The position numbers and the translations under genes are program-made. 64,000 nucleotides of DNA, taken from the NCBI GenBank assembly GCA_040514115.1, contig JBEVDH010000044.1, positions 285 through 64,284 of the forward strand. Reading direction: 5' to 3'. This DNA comes from Comamonas sp. (GTDB lineage: Bacteria; Pseudomonadota; Gammaproteobacteria; Burkholderiales; Burkholderiaceae_C). The stretch's first letter is position 1. Every line of letters starts with the position of its first letter. This document shows positions 44,047 through 53,967 of this stretch, piece by piece. Under the pieces are notes generated by a model. That model saw only the letters and a program-made list of their open reading frames with translations. It ran no database searches and was not told the DNA's origin.

Positions 44047-45258
44047 ATGTCCAGCCCACCCGTTTCCAGCGCCGCCACCGGGACGCCTTCTTCCGCCGGA
44101 TTGCCGCTTTCACTGACCCTGCTGCTGGCCAGCGGCGCGGGGTTGGCGGTGGCCGCGCTGTATTACAGCCAGCCCATGTTGGGCGTGCTCGGCGGGGAGC
44201 TGGGTGCGTCGACGCAGGCGGTGGGGCTGCTGCCCACGCTGACGCAGCTGGGCTACGCGCTGGGCATCGCGTTTCTGGCGCCGCTCGGTGACCGGCATGA
44301 TCGGCGCCGCATCATCCTGGGCAAGGCCGCCGTGCTGTGCGCCGCGCTGCTGCTCGCGGCCGCCGCGCCCTCGCTGGGCATGCTGCTGGCTGCGAGCCTG
44401 GTTATCGGCCTGGCCGCGACGCTGGCGCAGGACATCGTGCCCGCGGCCGCAACGCTGGCGCCCGCGGCGCAGCGCGGCAAGGTGGTGGGCACCGTGATGA
44501 CCGGCCTGCTGCTGGGGATTTTGCTGTCGCGCGTCGTGAGCGGCTTTGTGGCCGAGCAGTGGGGTTGGCGCGCGATGTTCGCGGCCGCCGCGGTGAGCAT
44601 TGCGCTGCTGGGCCTGGCGGCATGGCGGCGCCTGCCGCGCTTCGCCGTCACCACGCAGCTGCCCTATATCGCGCTGCTCGGTTCGCTGGCGACACTGTGG
44701 CGCCTCCACCCCGCGCTGCGCCGCGCCACCTGGGCGCAGGCATTGATGGCGATCGGCTTCAGCGCCTTCTGGTCCACGCTGGCCGTCATGCTGCACGGCG
44801 CGCCCTTCCATCTGGGCGCGGCCGCCGCCGGCGCCTTTGGCCTGGCCGGGGCGGCCGGCGCATTGGCCGCGCCGCTGGCCGGGCGCCTGGCCGACCGGCA
44901 TGGACCGGCGCTGGTGACCCGCCTGGGCACGGGGCTCGCCGCCCTGTCGTTTGCGGCGATGGGGTTGATGGTGTTCATGCCACCGGGCGCGCAGCTGGGG
45001 CTGCTGGTGGCCTGCGCCATCGGCTTCGATCTGGGCGTGCAGGCCGCGCTGATTGCCCACCAGACCATCATCTACGGCCTCGACGCGGGCGCGCGCAGCC
45101 GGCTCAACGCGGTGCTCTTCACCGGCATGTTCATCGGCATGGCGACGGGCTCGGCACTGGCCGCCCTGCTGTTTGCCCGCTACGGCTGGCAGGCGGTGAC
45201 GGCGCTGGCCACGGCCACGGCGCTCGCGGCGTTCGTGCTGCGCATGAAGCGCCATTGA
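44047..45258 (+). CDS. MFS transporter
   Basis: YYSQPML, PLGDRHDRR; about 12 TM helices; divergent from the LysR gene. Confidence 0.9.
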   Translation: MSSPPVSSAATGTPSSAGLPLSLTLLLASGAGLAVAALYYSQPMLGVLGGELGASTQAVGLLPTLTQLGYALGIAFLAPLGDRHDRRRIILGKAAVLCAALLLAAAAPSLGMLLAASLVIGLAATLAQDIVPAAATLAPAAQRGKVVGTVMTGLLLGILLSRVVSGFVAEQWGWRAMFAAAAVSIALLGLAAWRRLPRFAVTTQLPYIALLGSLATLWRLHPALRRATWAQALMAIGFSAFWSTLAVMLHGAPFHLGAAAAGAFGLAGAAGALAAPLAGRLADRHGPALVTRLGTGLAALSFAAMGLMVFMPPGAQLGLLVACAIGFDLGVQAALIAHQTIIYGLDAGARSRLNAVLFTGMFIGMATGSALAALLFARYGWQAVTALATATALAAFVLRMKRH

Positions 45259-45276
45259 GCGCTCACGCCGCGCACG

Positions 45277-46005
45277 CTAGGCAACGTAGGCCGGATAGAT
45301 CTCGGCGAGCCTGTCGATGAATCCGCTGACCCGCCGGATATGCTCGCGCAGCAGCTTCTCCGCCAGGTCGGCATCTCCCGCGATCACGGCATTGGCCACC
45401 TGATCGTGGAACTCCACGGACTCCTCGCTGCCGCGGATGGTCTTGTTGGCCAGCCGCCGCAAGCGCTCCAGGCGCGTGCGCGCCGAGAGCACCACGCTCC
45501 AGGCAGAGGCATGACCCGCCAGCAGCACGATGCTTCTGTGGAAGTCCTCATCCGCCGCCAGGCTGGCGTCGCGGTCCTCGAAGCGCAGTGCTTCCCGGTG
45601 GCGCTGCACGATCCTGGAGAGCATTTTCCTGTCGGCCAGCGGCGCGCCGGCCGCCAGCCGCACGGCGGCGCACTCGATGGCTTCACGCACGAACAGCGCA
45701 TCGTTCAATGACGCGCGCTCCAGGCGCGACACACAGGTCCCGCGCTGGGGAAAGATGTCGATCAGGCCGTCGGCGGCCAGGGACCTGAAGGCTTCGCGCA
45801 CCGGGCTGCGGCTCACCCCGAATTGCTCGGCCACCACCGGCTCGTTCAAGGCGGCGCCGGGCGGCAGCAGGCACTCGACGATGGCGCGGCGCAACGCGGC
45901 GTAGACGTAGTCGGCGGCCTTGCCACGGCCTTCGGCCGCGTCATAAGGCTCCAGGGACGCAATGCTGTCCAAGGTGGCGGCGGAGACAAAACTGGGGCGG
46001 GCCAT
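45277..46005 (-). CDS. GntR/FadR-family regulator
   Basis: VAEQFGVSRSPVREA HTH and FCD-type DEDFH. Confidence 0.9.
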   Translation of the reverse strand: MARPSFVSAATLDSIASLEPYDAAEGRGKAADYVYAALRRAIVECLLPPGAALNEPVVAEQFGVSRSPVREAFRSLAADGLIDIFPQRGTCVSRLERASLNDALFVREAIECAAVRLAAGAPLADRKMLSRIVQRHREALRFEDRDASLAADEDFHRSIVLLAGHASAWSVVLSARTRLERLRRLANKTIRGSEESVEFHDQVANAVIAGDADLAEKLLREHIRRVSGFIDRLAEIYPAYVA

Positions 46006-46062
46006 GGGTTTGCAGGAATGAAACTTCGATTCTAAGACAAGGGTTTTCCCCGGCAACGTCAA

Positions 46063-46086
46063 TGCATTCTAGAACACTAGAATGCA
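46063..46086. promoter_or_regulatory. Candidate GntR operator TGCATTCTAG-AACA-CTAGAATGCA
   Basis: Perfect 10-bp inverted repeat in the divergent gap. Confidence 0.6.
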
Positions 46087-46111
46087 GAAATCATTTTGTT
46101 GGGTCTGCCTC

Positions 46112-46840
46112 ATGAATTCTTCCCCCGTTTCCCCGGCCACGACGGCGCTGCTGCAAAAGGTCAGCATTGCCACGCTGTGCACCTGCCTCTACAAGCGCGG
46201 CCTGCGCAACCAGGTCATCCAGGGCGCCGTGCCCGTCGGCAGCGTCTCCAAGCCGACGATGGTCGGCCCGGCCTTCACGCTGCGGTACATGCCGGCGCGC
46301 GAAGACCTCAACCCCCTGGCCGCCTTCACCGATCCGGCCCACCCCCAGCGCAAGGCGGTGGAAGACTGCCCGCCCGGCGCGGTGCTGGTCTTCGACAGCC
46401 GCAAGGATGCGCGCGCCGCGTCCGCGGGCGCCATCCTCATTCGCCGGCTCCAGGTGCGCGGCGTGGCCGGCGTGGTCACCGACGGCGGCTTTCGCGACGC
46501 TGCCGAGATTGCGGCGCTGGACATCCCCGCCTTCCATACCCGGCCTTCCGCGCCCACCAACCTGACGCTGCACCAAGCCATCGATATCAATGTGCCGATC
46601 GGCTGCGGAGACGCGCCCGTGTTTCCGGGCGACATCGTGGTGGGCGACGCTGACGGCGTAGTTGTCATTCCCGCCCACCTGGCCGAGGAGATCGCGCTGG
46701 AGGCGACCGGCATGACCGCCTTCGAGGACTTCGTGGCCGAGCGCGTGCAGGGTGGGCGCTCGATCATCGGGCTGTATCCGGCAACCCATCCCGAAACGCT
46801 CGAGGACTTTGCCCGGTGGCGCGCCGCGCACTCCCGCTGA
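46112..46840 (+). CDS. RraA/HMG aldolase-family protein
   Basis: GPAFTLRY, GVVTDGGFRD, PGDIVVGDADGVVVIP. Confidence 0.88.
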   Translation: MNSSPVSPATTALLQKVSIATLCTCLYKRGLRNQVIQGAVPVGSVSKPTMVGPAFTLRYMPAREDLNPLAAFTDPAHPQRKAVEDCPPGAVLVFDSRKDARAASAGAILIRRLQVRGVAGVVTDGGFRDAAEIAALDIPAFHTRPSAPTNLTLHQAIDINVPIGCGDAPVFPGDIVVGDADGVVVIPAHLAEEIALEATGMTAFEDFVAERVQGGRSIIGLYPATHPETLEDFARWRAAHSR

Positions 46841-46896
46841 TCGCCCCGATCGCGCTTTTTCCAGCCCGTTCCCAGAACCCCAAAAAGGAGACATCC

Positions 46897-47859
46897 ATGA
46901 TTCGTGCAACCGTCGCCGCCGCATTGCTCGGCTGCAATTTCGCCGTGCCCGCCGTGGCACAGAATTTCCCGACCAAGCCCATCACTATCGTGGTGCCCTC
47001 CTCGCCGGGCGGCGCCATCGACCTGGCGGCGCGCCTGATCGGCCAGAAGATGGGCGAGGCCTGGGGGCAATCGGTGGTGATCGAGAACCGCGCGGGAGCC
47101 TCCGGGATCATCGGCACGGAAGCGATCGCCAAGGCCGCGCCCGATGGCCACACCCTGGCGCTGGTCGCCAGCAGCCACGCGATCAATCCGAGCCTGTTCA
47201 AGAAGCTGCCGTTCGATACCGTCAAGAGCTTCGAGCCGGTCGCCTTGACCCACGTCGTGCCGCTGGTGCTGGTGGTGTCGCCCGCCGCGCCCTTCAAGAG
47301 CGTCAAGGAGGTGGTGGCCCATGGCAAGGCCCATCCGGGCGAGATGACGTTTGCCTCCAGCGGCAAGGGCGGCGCGCCGCACATGTCGGGCGAGCTGTTC
47401 AAGACGCTGGCCGGCATCGATATCACGCACGTGCCCTACAAGGGCAGCACGCTGGCCCATCCCGACCTGATCAGTGGTCGCACCACGATGATGTTCGACA
47501 CCGTGGCGGCCGTCAAAGTGCAGGTGAACGCCGATCGGCTGCGCGCCCTGGCGGTGACATCCACCAAACGCTCGGCGCTGTTTCCCAACGTGCCCACGAT
47601 GCAGGAGGCGGGCATTGCCGGCTACGAGACAAGCACCTGGGGTGGGCTGCTGGCGCCGGCCGGCACGCCCAAGGCGGTGGTCGGCAAGCTCAATGCCGAA
47701 GTCAACCGGATCCTGCAGCTGGCGGATGTCCGCAAGACGCTGGTCGATGCGGGGATCGAGCCTGGAGCGGGGTCGCCCCAGCAGTTCACCGACTTCATCG
47801 CTGCGGAGTCAGTGAAATGGGGCCGGGTTGCCAAGGACGCGGGCATCCAGCCGGAGTGA
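46897..47859 (+). CDS. Bug/TctC binding protein
   Basis: FPTKPITIVVP, ENRAGASG, HVPYKG; AAGGAG RBS. Confidence 0.93.
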   Translation: MIRATVAAALLGCNFAVPAVAQNFPTKPITIVVPSSPGGAIDLAARLIGQKMGEAWGQSVVIENRAGASGIIGTEAIAKAAPDGHTLALVASSHAINPSLFKKLPFDTVKSFEPVALTHVVPLVLVVSPAAPFKSVKEVVAHGKAHPGEMTFASSGKGGAPHMSGELFKTLAGIDITHVPYKGSTLAHPDLISGRTTMMFDTVAAVKVQVNADRLRALAVTSTKRSALFPNVPTMQEAGIAGYETSTWGGLLAPAGTPKAVVGKLNAEVNRILQLADVRKTLVDAGIEPGAGSPQQFTDFIAAESVKWGRVAKDAGIQPE

Positions 47860-47871
47860 CACCCAGGCGGC

Positions 47872-48774
47872 TCAGAACGGCAGGATGCCTGGGAGCAGCT
47901 GCCGGTCCAGCCGCTGAACCCACCATTTGAGCGCCTCGCCCATGTGCTCGGGCTTCCACGCGAGCCAGAAGCCCTCGGGCGGGCGCGGCTCCTCGACCTC
48001 CAACTCGACCAGCACGCCCTGCGCCAGCTCGGCACGCACACAGGCACGCGGCACGAACCCATGGCCCAATCCGGCGGCCTGGGCCGCGATCTTGGCCTGC
48101 ATGCCGGGCACCGTGATGCGCCGCTGGCCCATCAGCAGCCCCACCGTGCGGTTGGCCGAGGAGCGCGCGCCGTCGCCCACGACAATCGCCGTGTGCTCGA
48201 GCAGGTCGCTGCGCACCAGCCGGCGCTGCAGCTTGGCCAGCGGGTGCGTGGCCGTGACGCAGAACGCGAAATCCAGGCTTCCCACCGCCACCGCCTTGTA
48301 GCCGCCGCCGGGCGGCCCTTCGCCCGCGGCAACGATCAGGTCGGCGCGGCCCTCGCGCAGCATTTCCCAGGTACCGGTCATCACCTCGCAGCCAATGCGC
48401 AGGCGCGTGCCGCAATTCATGTCCTCGAAGGCGCAGATGTCGGGGTTGAAGGCGCTCGTCGGAATCAGCGAGTCATGCACCAGCCGCAGCTCCGATTCGA
48501 AACCGGTCGAGATCTGCCGCATGCGCGCCTCCAGCTCCTGCGCCGCCACAAGCAGCCAGCGCCCTTCCTTGAGCATTTCCTGACCCGCTGCCGTGAGCGT
48601 CACGCGCGGGCCGTTGCGCAGGAACAGCGCCATCCCGAGCTGCTCTTCGAGCTTGGCCACCGCATAGGAAATGGTCGAGGGCACCTTGTAAAGCTGCTGC
48701 GCCGCCGCAGCAAACGAGCCGTGGCGCGCAATGGCATCGATGATTTCAATGGCTTCGAGGGACAGTTTGAGCAT
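47872..48774 (-). CDS. LysR-family regulator (YhaJ-like)
   Basis: MLKLSLEAIEIIDAIARHGSFAAAA...KVPSTISY; divergent from the pirin gene. Confidence 0.9.
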   Translation of the reverse strand: MLKLSLEAIEIIDAIARHGSFAAAAQQLYKVPSTISYAVAKLEEQLGMALFLRNGPRVTLTAAGQEMLKEGRWLLVAAQELEARMRQISTGFESELRLVHDSLIPTSAFNPDICAFEDMNCGTRLRIGCEVMTGTWEMLREGRADLIVAAGEGPPGGGYKAVAVGSLDFAFCVTATHPLAKLQRRLVRSDLLEHTAIVVGDGARSSANRTVGLLMGQRRITVPGMQAKIAAQAAGLGHGFVPRACVRAELAQGVLVELEVEEPRPPEGFWLAWKPEHMGEALKWWVQRLDRQLLPGILPF

Positions 48775-48915
48775 GTTCGAAATTATCGATGATGAATCGC
48801 CAAAAGCTTCAACCTGACAGCAGTTCAAAAGCGAGAAACTACATTCATCGCAGCAAGGAACACAGCGAAACACTGAAGACCTTGCATGAATTTCATCGAA
48901 CGAAAGGGACTCATC

Positions 48916-49635
48916 ATGATCGACATCCGCAAATCCGACGACCGGGGCCGCGCCAACCACGGCTGGCTGCAATCGCGCCACACCTTCTCGTTCGGCAGCT
49001 ACCGCGACCTGCGCCAGCAAGGTTTCTCGGATCTGCTGGTGATCAACGACGATCGCGTGGCCCCGGCCCAGGGCTTTGGCACGCACGGCCACCGCGACAT
49101 GGAAATCTTCTCCTACGTCCTCGAAGGCGAACTGGCCCACAAGGACTCGATGGGCACGGGCTCGGTGATCCGCCCCGGCGACGTGCAGATGATGAGCGCC
49201 GGCAGCGGCGTGCAGCACAGCGAATTCAACCACTCGGCCGAGCAAGGCGTGCATTTCCTGCAGATCTGGATCGTGCCCAACGAAAAAGGCGCCGAGCCCC
49301 GCTACCAGCAGGTGCACTTCGAGGAAGCGAAAAAACGCGGCCAGCTGCGCTTGATCATCGCTCCTCAAGGCGAGAATGGCGCGCTGGCCGTGCGCCAGGA
49401 CGCACGGGTCTATGCCGGACTGTTTGACGGCGACGAAGCCGCGACGCTCGAGGTTGCCGCCAACCGCCATGTCTATGTGCATGTGGCCCGCGGCAGCCTC
49501 GAGGTCAACGGTGAGCGCCTGGCCGCAGGCGACGGCGCGCGCATCCGCGACGCAGGAGCGCTGCGCTTCGGCCTGGGCGAGAACGCGGAAGTGCTGGTCT
49601 TCGACCTGCGCCCCAACGAGCTGCCCTCGATGTAA
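48916..49635 (+). CDS. Pirin-family protein (YhhW-like)
   Basis: HGWLQSRHTFSF, THGHRDMEI, AGSGVQHSE. Confidence 0.93.
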   Translation: MIDIRKSDDRGRANHGWLQSRHTFSFGSYRDLRQQGFSDLLVINDDRVAPAQGFGTHGHRDMEIFSYVLEGELAHKDSMGTGSVIRPGDVQMMSAGSGVQHSEFNHSAEQGVHFLQIWIVPNEKGAEPRYQQVHFEEAKKRGQLRLIIAPQGENGALAVRQDARVYAGLFDGDEAATLEVAANRHVYVHVARGSLEVNGERLAAGDGARIRDAGALRFGLGENAEVLVFDLRPNELPSM

Positions 49636-49681
49636 TCCATCCTTGCTTTCTTCCACCCCGTTCATTTCAGGAGCCAGCACC

Positions 49682-50359
49682 ATGACCAACGCCAACACCC
49701 CCATCGCCCAACCCGTTGCCTTCGCCAAGCCCGGCGCCACGCTGCTCAATGCCCACGATCACACGCTGGTGATGATCGACTTCCAGTCGCAAATGGCCTT
49801 TGCCACGCATTCGATCGATGCCGTGACGCTGCGCAACAACGCGGCGCTGGTGTCCCATGCGGCGGCCGGCTTCGGGGTCTCCACCATTCTCACCACCGTG
49901 GCCGAGAAAAGCTTCAGCGGCCCGATGTTCGAGGAAGTCACGGCGCCCTTCCCCGGCCAGGCGCTGCTGGACCGCACCTCGATGAACACCTGGGAAGACG
50001 AGGCCGTGATCCGCCGTGTCAACGAGATCGCCAAGCCGCGCATCGTGCTCGCCGGTCTGTGGACCAGCGTCTGCATCGTCGGCCCCGCGCTGTCGGCACT
50101 GGACCAGGGCTTCGAGGTCTATGTGATTGCCGATGCCTGCGGTGATGTCTCGCTGGAGGCCCATGAGCGCGCCATGGACCGCATGGTGCAGGCCGGTGCC
50201 CGCCCCATCACCTCGCTGCAGTACCTGCTCGAGCTGCAGCGCGACTGGGCACGCGGCGAAACCTATGACATGACGACCGGCATTGCGAAGAAATTCGGCG
50301 GCGCCTACGGCATCGGCATCAACTACGCGAAAAGCATGTTCAACGCCCACGAAGGCTGA
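49682..50359 (+). CDS. Isochorismatase-family cysteine hydrolase (YcaC-like)
   Basis: MIDFQ, RTSMNTWED, AGLWTSVC, DACGD. Confidence 0.9.
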   Translation: MTNANTPIAQPVAFAKPGATLLNAHDHTLVMIDFQSQMAFATHSIDAVTLRNNAALVSHAAAGFGVSTILTTVAEKSFSGPMFEEVTAPFPGQALLDRTSMNTWEDEAVIRRVNEIAKPRIVLAGLWTSVCIVGPALSALDQGFEVYVIADACGDVSLEAHERAMDRMVQAGARPITSLQYLLELQRDWARGETYDMTTGIAKKFGGAYGIGINYAKSMFNAHEG

Positions 50360-50440
50360 TGGAGCCTGCCCCGGCCTTAGGCTCGGGGGGCCGCCAAAAA
50401 TCAACCAGGGCCGCATGCCCTGCCAACTCCAGGGAACCAC

Positions 50441-52330
50441 ATGCCAACGCCGACCTCGCCAGACCTGATCCTCTTCAACGGCCGCTTCACGACGCTCGAC
50501 CGCGCCAACCCCACCGCCCAGGCCGTGGCCATTGCTGCCGGACGCTTCGTCCATGTGGGCAGCAACCAGGAGGTGCTGGCGCTGGCAGGCAGCGGCACGC
50601 GCCGCATCGACCTGCAAGGGCGCAGCGCGCTGCCCGGGCTGATCGACAACCACCTGCACATCATCCGCGGCGGGTTGAACTTCAACATGGAGCTGCGCTG
50701 GGATGGCGTGAGAAGCCTGGCCGATGCCATGGCGATGCTGCGCGCGCAGGTCGACATCACGCCCGCGCCGCAATGGGTGCGCGTGGTGGGCGGCTTCACC
50801 GAGCACCAATTTGTCGAAAAACGCCTGCCCACGCTCGCGGAACTCAACGCCGCGGCGCCCGACACGCCGGTCTTCATCCTGCACCTCTATGACCGCGCGC
50901 TGCTCAATGGCGCCGCGCTGCGCGCCGTCGGCTACACCCGCGACACTCCCGCGCCGCACGGCGGCGAGATCCTGCGCGACAGCGCCGGCAACCCCACAGG
51001 GCTGCTGCTGGCCAAGCCCAACGCCGCGATCCTCTACGCGACGCTCGCGCTCGGCCCGAAGCTGCCGCGCGAATACCAGCTCAACTCGACGCGCCACTTC
51101 ATGCGCGAATTGAACCGCCTGGGCGTGACCGGTGCGATCGACGCGGGCGGCGGTTTCCAGAACTACCCCGACGACTACGCGGTGATCGAGGAACTGGCCG
51201 AAGCCGACCAGTTGACCATTCGCCTGGCCTACAACCTGTTCACGCAAAAGCCCAAGGAGGAGAAAGAGGATTTCCTGAACTGGACGGCCACTTCGCAATA
51301 CAAGCAGGGCACGGATTACTTTCGCCACAACGGCGCGGGCGAGATGCTGGTGTTTTCGGCCGCGGATTTCGAGGATTTTCGCCAGCCGCGTCCCGAGCTC
51401 GAAGCCGGCATGGAAGATGACTTGGAGGGCGTGGTGCGCATCCTGGCGCAAAATCGCTGGCCCTGGCGCATGCATGCGACCTATGACGAAACCATCAGCC
51501 GCGCACTCGACGTGTTCGAGAAAGTCAACCAGGACACGCCGCTGGCCGGCCTGAACTGGTTCTTCGACCACGCCGAAACGATTTCCGACCGCTCGATCGA
51601 GCGCGTCGCGGCGCTCGGCGGCGGCGTGGCCGTGCAGCACCGCATGGCCTACCAGGGCGAGTATTTCGTCGAGCAGTACGGCGCGCGCGCGGCCGAGGCC
51701 ACGCCGCCGGTCAAGCGCATGCTCGAGATGGGCGTGAAGACGTCCGCCGGCACCGATGCGACGCGCGTTGCCAGCTACAACCCCTGGGTGTCCCTGTCAT
51801 GGCTGGTGACGGGGCGCACTGTCGGCGGTCTGCAGCTCACGCCCCAGCGCAACTGCCTGGACCGCGAACAGGCGCTGCGCATGTGGACCGAGAACGTCAC
51901 CTGGTTCTCCAACGAGGAAGGCAAGAAGGGCCGCATCGAGGTCGGGCAACTTGCCGATCTGGTGGTTCCCGACCGCGACTTCTTTGGCTGCCCCGAATCC
52001 GATATTGCCGATACCTCGGCGTTGCTCACCATGGTCGGCGGCAAGGTGGTCTATGGCGCGGGCGACTTCGCCCCATTCGACGAGGCGCCCCTGCCCCCCG
52101 CCATGCCCGACTGGTCGCCGGTGCGGCGCTTCGGCGGCTACGGTGCCTGGGGCGCCAAGGACAACGGCCCGCTGCAGAACCTGGCGCGCCAGGCGGCGGC
52201 GGCGTGCGCCTGCGCCAGCGCCTGCAACCTGCATGGCCATGCGCATGGCGCCGCCTCGACGGCGCAGCTGCCCACCTCGGACGCCAAGGGCTTCTGGGGC
52301 GCGCTGGGCTGCGCCTGCTGGGCGGTATGA
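50441..52330 (+). CDS. YtcJ-like amidohydrolase (Amidohydro_3)
   Basis: PGLIDNHLH, RMHAT, FDHAE, GTDA, GQLADLVV; Cys/His-rich tail. Confidence 0.9.
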   Translation: MPTPTSPDLILFNGRFTTLDRANPTAQAVAIAAGRFVHVGSNQEVLALAGSGTRRIDLQGRSALPGLIDNHLHIIRGGLNFNMELRWDGVRSLADAMAMLRAQVDITPAPQWVRVVGGFTEHQFVEKRLPTLAELNAAAPDTPVFILHLYDRALLNGAALRAVGYTRDTPAPHGGEILRDSAGNPTGLLLAKPNAAILYATLALGPKLPREYQLNSTRHFMRELNRLGVTGAIDAGGGFQNYPDDYAVIEELAEADQLTIRLAYNLFTQKPKEEKEDFLNWTATSQYKQGTDYFRHNGAGEMLVFSAADFEDFRQPRPELEAGMEDDLEGVVRILAQNRWPWRMHATYDETISRALDVFEKVNQDTPLAGLNWFFDHAETISDRSIERVAALGGGVAVQHRMAYQGEYFVEQYGARAAEATPPVKRMLEMGVKTSAGTDATRVASYNPWVSLSWLVTGRTVGGLQLTPQRNCLDREQALRMWTENVTWFSNEEGKKGRIEVGQLADLVVPDRDFFGCPESDIADTSALLTMVGGKVVYGAGDFAPFDEAPLPPAMPDWSPVRRFGGYGAWGAKDNGPLQNLARQAAAACACASACNLHGHAHGAASTAQLPTSDAKGFWGALGCACWAV

Positions 52331-53943
52331 GCATGGCCGATACCAAGAACTCCGCCGCCACCGGGACCGATGGGGGAACTGATAGCGGGAGCTTCGCCGC
52401 GCTGCGCCAGCCGGTATTTGCCGTGCTCTGGGCGGCCACGGTGCTGGGCAACACCGGCAGCTTCATGCGCGATGTCGCCAGCTCCTGGCTCGTGACCGAC
52501 CTCTCGCCCAGCCCCACCGCGGTGGCGCTGATCCAGACCGCGGCGACGCTGCCCATCTTCCTGCTGGCCATACCCGCGGGCGTGCTCTCGGACATCCTCG
52601 ACCGCCGGCGCTTTCTGATCTGCGTGCAGCTGGTGCTGGCGGCGGTGAGCGGCACGCTGCTGGCGCTGTCGCAGGCTGGCGCGCTCACGGTGGAATATCT
52701 CATTGCGCTGACGTTTGTCGGCGGCATCGGCGCGGCGCTGATGGGCCCGACCTGGCAGTCGATCGTGCCCGAGCTCGTGCCGCGCGCGCAGCTCAAGGGG
52801 GCCGTGGCGCTCAATTCGCTGGGCATCAATATCGCACGCGCCATCGGCCCGGCCGCAGGGGGCCTGCTCCTGGCGAGCTTTGGCGCGGCCGTGGTCTATG
52901 GGCTCGACGTGCTGAGCTATGTGTTCGTGATTGGCGCGCTGCTGTGGTGGCAGCGGCCCCAGGCCGCCGAGAGCACGCTGACCGAAAGCTTCGGGGGCGC
53001 CTTCCGCGCCGGGCTGCGCTATACCCGCGCCAGCCGCGAGCTGCACCGGGTGCTGCTGCGCGCCGCGCTGTTCTTTCTGTTTGCCAGTGCGGTCTGGGCG
53101 CTGCTGCCGCTGGTGGCACGCCAGATGCTCGGCGGCAGCGCCGGTTTCTATGGCGTGCTGCTGGGCGCCGTGGGCGCGGGCGCCATTGGCGGTGCGCTGG
53201 TCATGCCGCATCTGCGCCGCTGGCTCGATACCGATGGCCTGGTGCTGGCGGCCGCCCTGCTCAGCGCTGGTGTGATGGGCGCGCTGGCCCTGGCGCCGCC
53301 CCAGTGGCTGGCGGTGGTCCTGCTGGGGCTGCTGGGCATGGGCTGGATCACGGCGCTCACGACCTTCAACAGCGTCGCCCAGGCCATCTTGCCAAACTGG
53401 GTGCGCGGGCGCGGCCTGGCGGTCTACCTGATGGTGTTCAACGGCGCGATGGCCGCGGGCAGCCTGGGCTGGGGCCTGCTGGCGCGCGCTGTCGGGCTGC
53501 CCGCGGCGCTTGCCGTGAGCGCCGCCGGTTTGGCGATCGTCGCGCTGGCGCTGCACCGCCTGCGGCTGCCCACGGGCGAGGCCGATCTGCAGCCTTCCCA
53601 CCACTGGCCCGAACCGGCAATGAGTGATACGGCAGCGCATGACCGAGGCCCGGTCATGGTGCAGATCGCCTACCGCGTGCTGGCGCAAGACCGGCCCGCC
53701 TTTGTCGACGCGGTGCGCCGGCTGTCGCACGAGCGTCTGCGCGACGGCGCCTACTCCTGGGGCGTGATGGAGCACAGCGCCGATGCCGAGCAGATCATCG
53801 AATGGTTCCTGGTGGCATCCTGGGCCGAACACCTGCGCCAGCACGAGCGCGTGTCGCAGGCCGACGCCGATCTGCAGGGCGCGCTGCTGCAGTTGCATCA
53901 GGGGCCGGGCAGGCCGCAGGTGCAGCACTTCCTGGCGCTCTAG
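52327..53943 (+). CDS. MFS transporter with soluble C-terminal domain (MFS_3-like)
   Basis: GVLSDILDRR, RAIGPA, C-terminal EWFLVASWAEHLRQHER; ATGA overlap with the upstream gene. Confidence 0.88.
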   Translation: MSMADTKNSAATGTDGGTDSGSFAALRQPVFAVLWAATVLGNTGSFMRDVASSWLVTDLSPSPTAVALIQTAATLPIFLLAIPAGVLSDILDRRRFLICVQLVLAAVSGTLLALSQAGALTVEYLIALTFVGGIGAALMGPTWQSIVPELVPRAQLKGAVALNSLGINIARAIGPAAGGLLLASFGAAVVYGLDVLSYVFVIGALLWWQRPQAAESTLTESFGGAFRAGLRYTRASRELHRVLLRAALFFLFASAVWALLPLVARQMLGGSAGFYGVLLGAVGAGAIGGALVMPHLRRWLDTDGLVLAAALLSAGVMGALALAPPQWLAVVLLGLLGMGWITALTTFNSVAQAILPNWVRGRGLAVYLMVFNGAMAAGSLGWGLLARAVGLPAALAVSAAGLAIVALALHRLRLPTGEADLQPSHHWPEPAMSDTAAHDRGPVMVQIAYRVLAQDRPAFVDAVRRLSHERLRDGAYSWGVMEHSADAEQIIEWFLVASWAEHLRQHERVSQADADLQGALLQLHQGPGRPQVQHFLAL

Positions 53944-53967
53944 GCGGCGCCCTGGCCGCGGCGCAAT

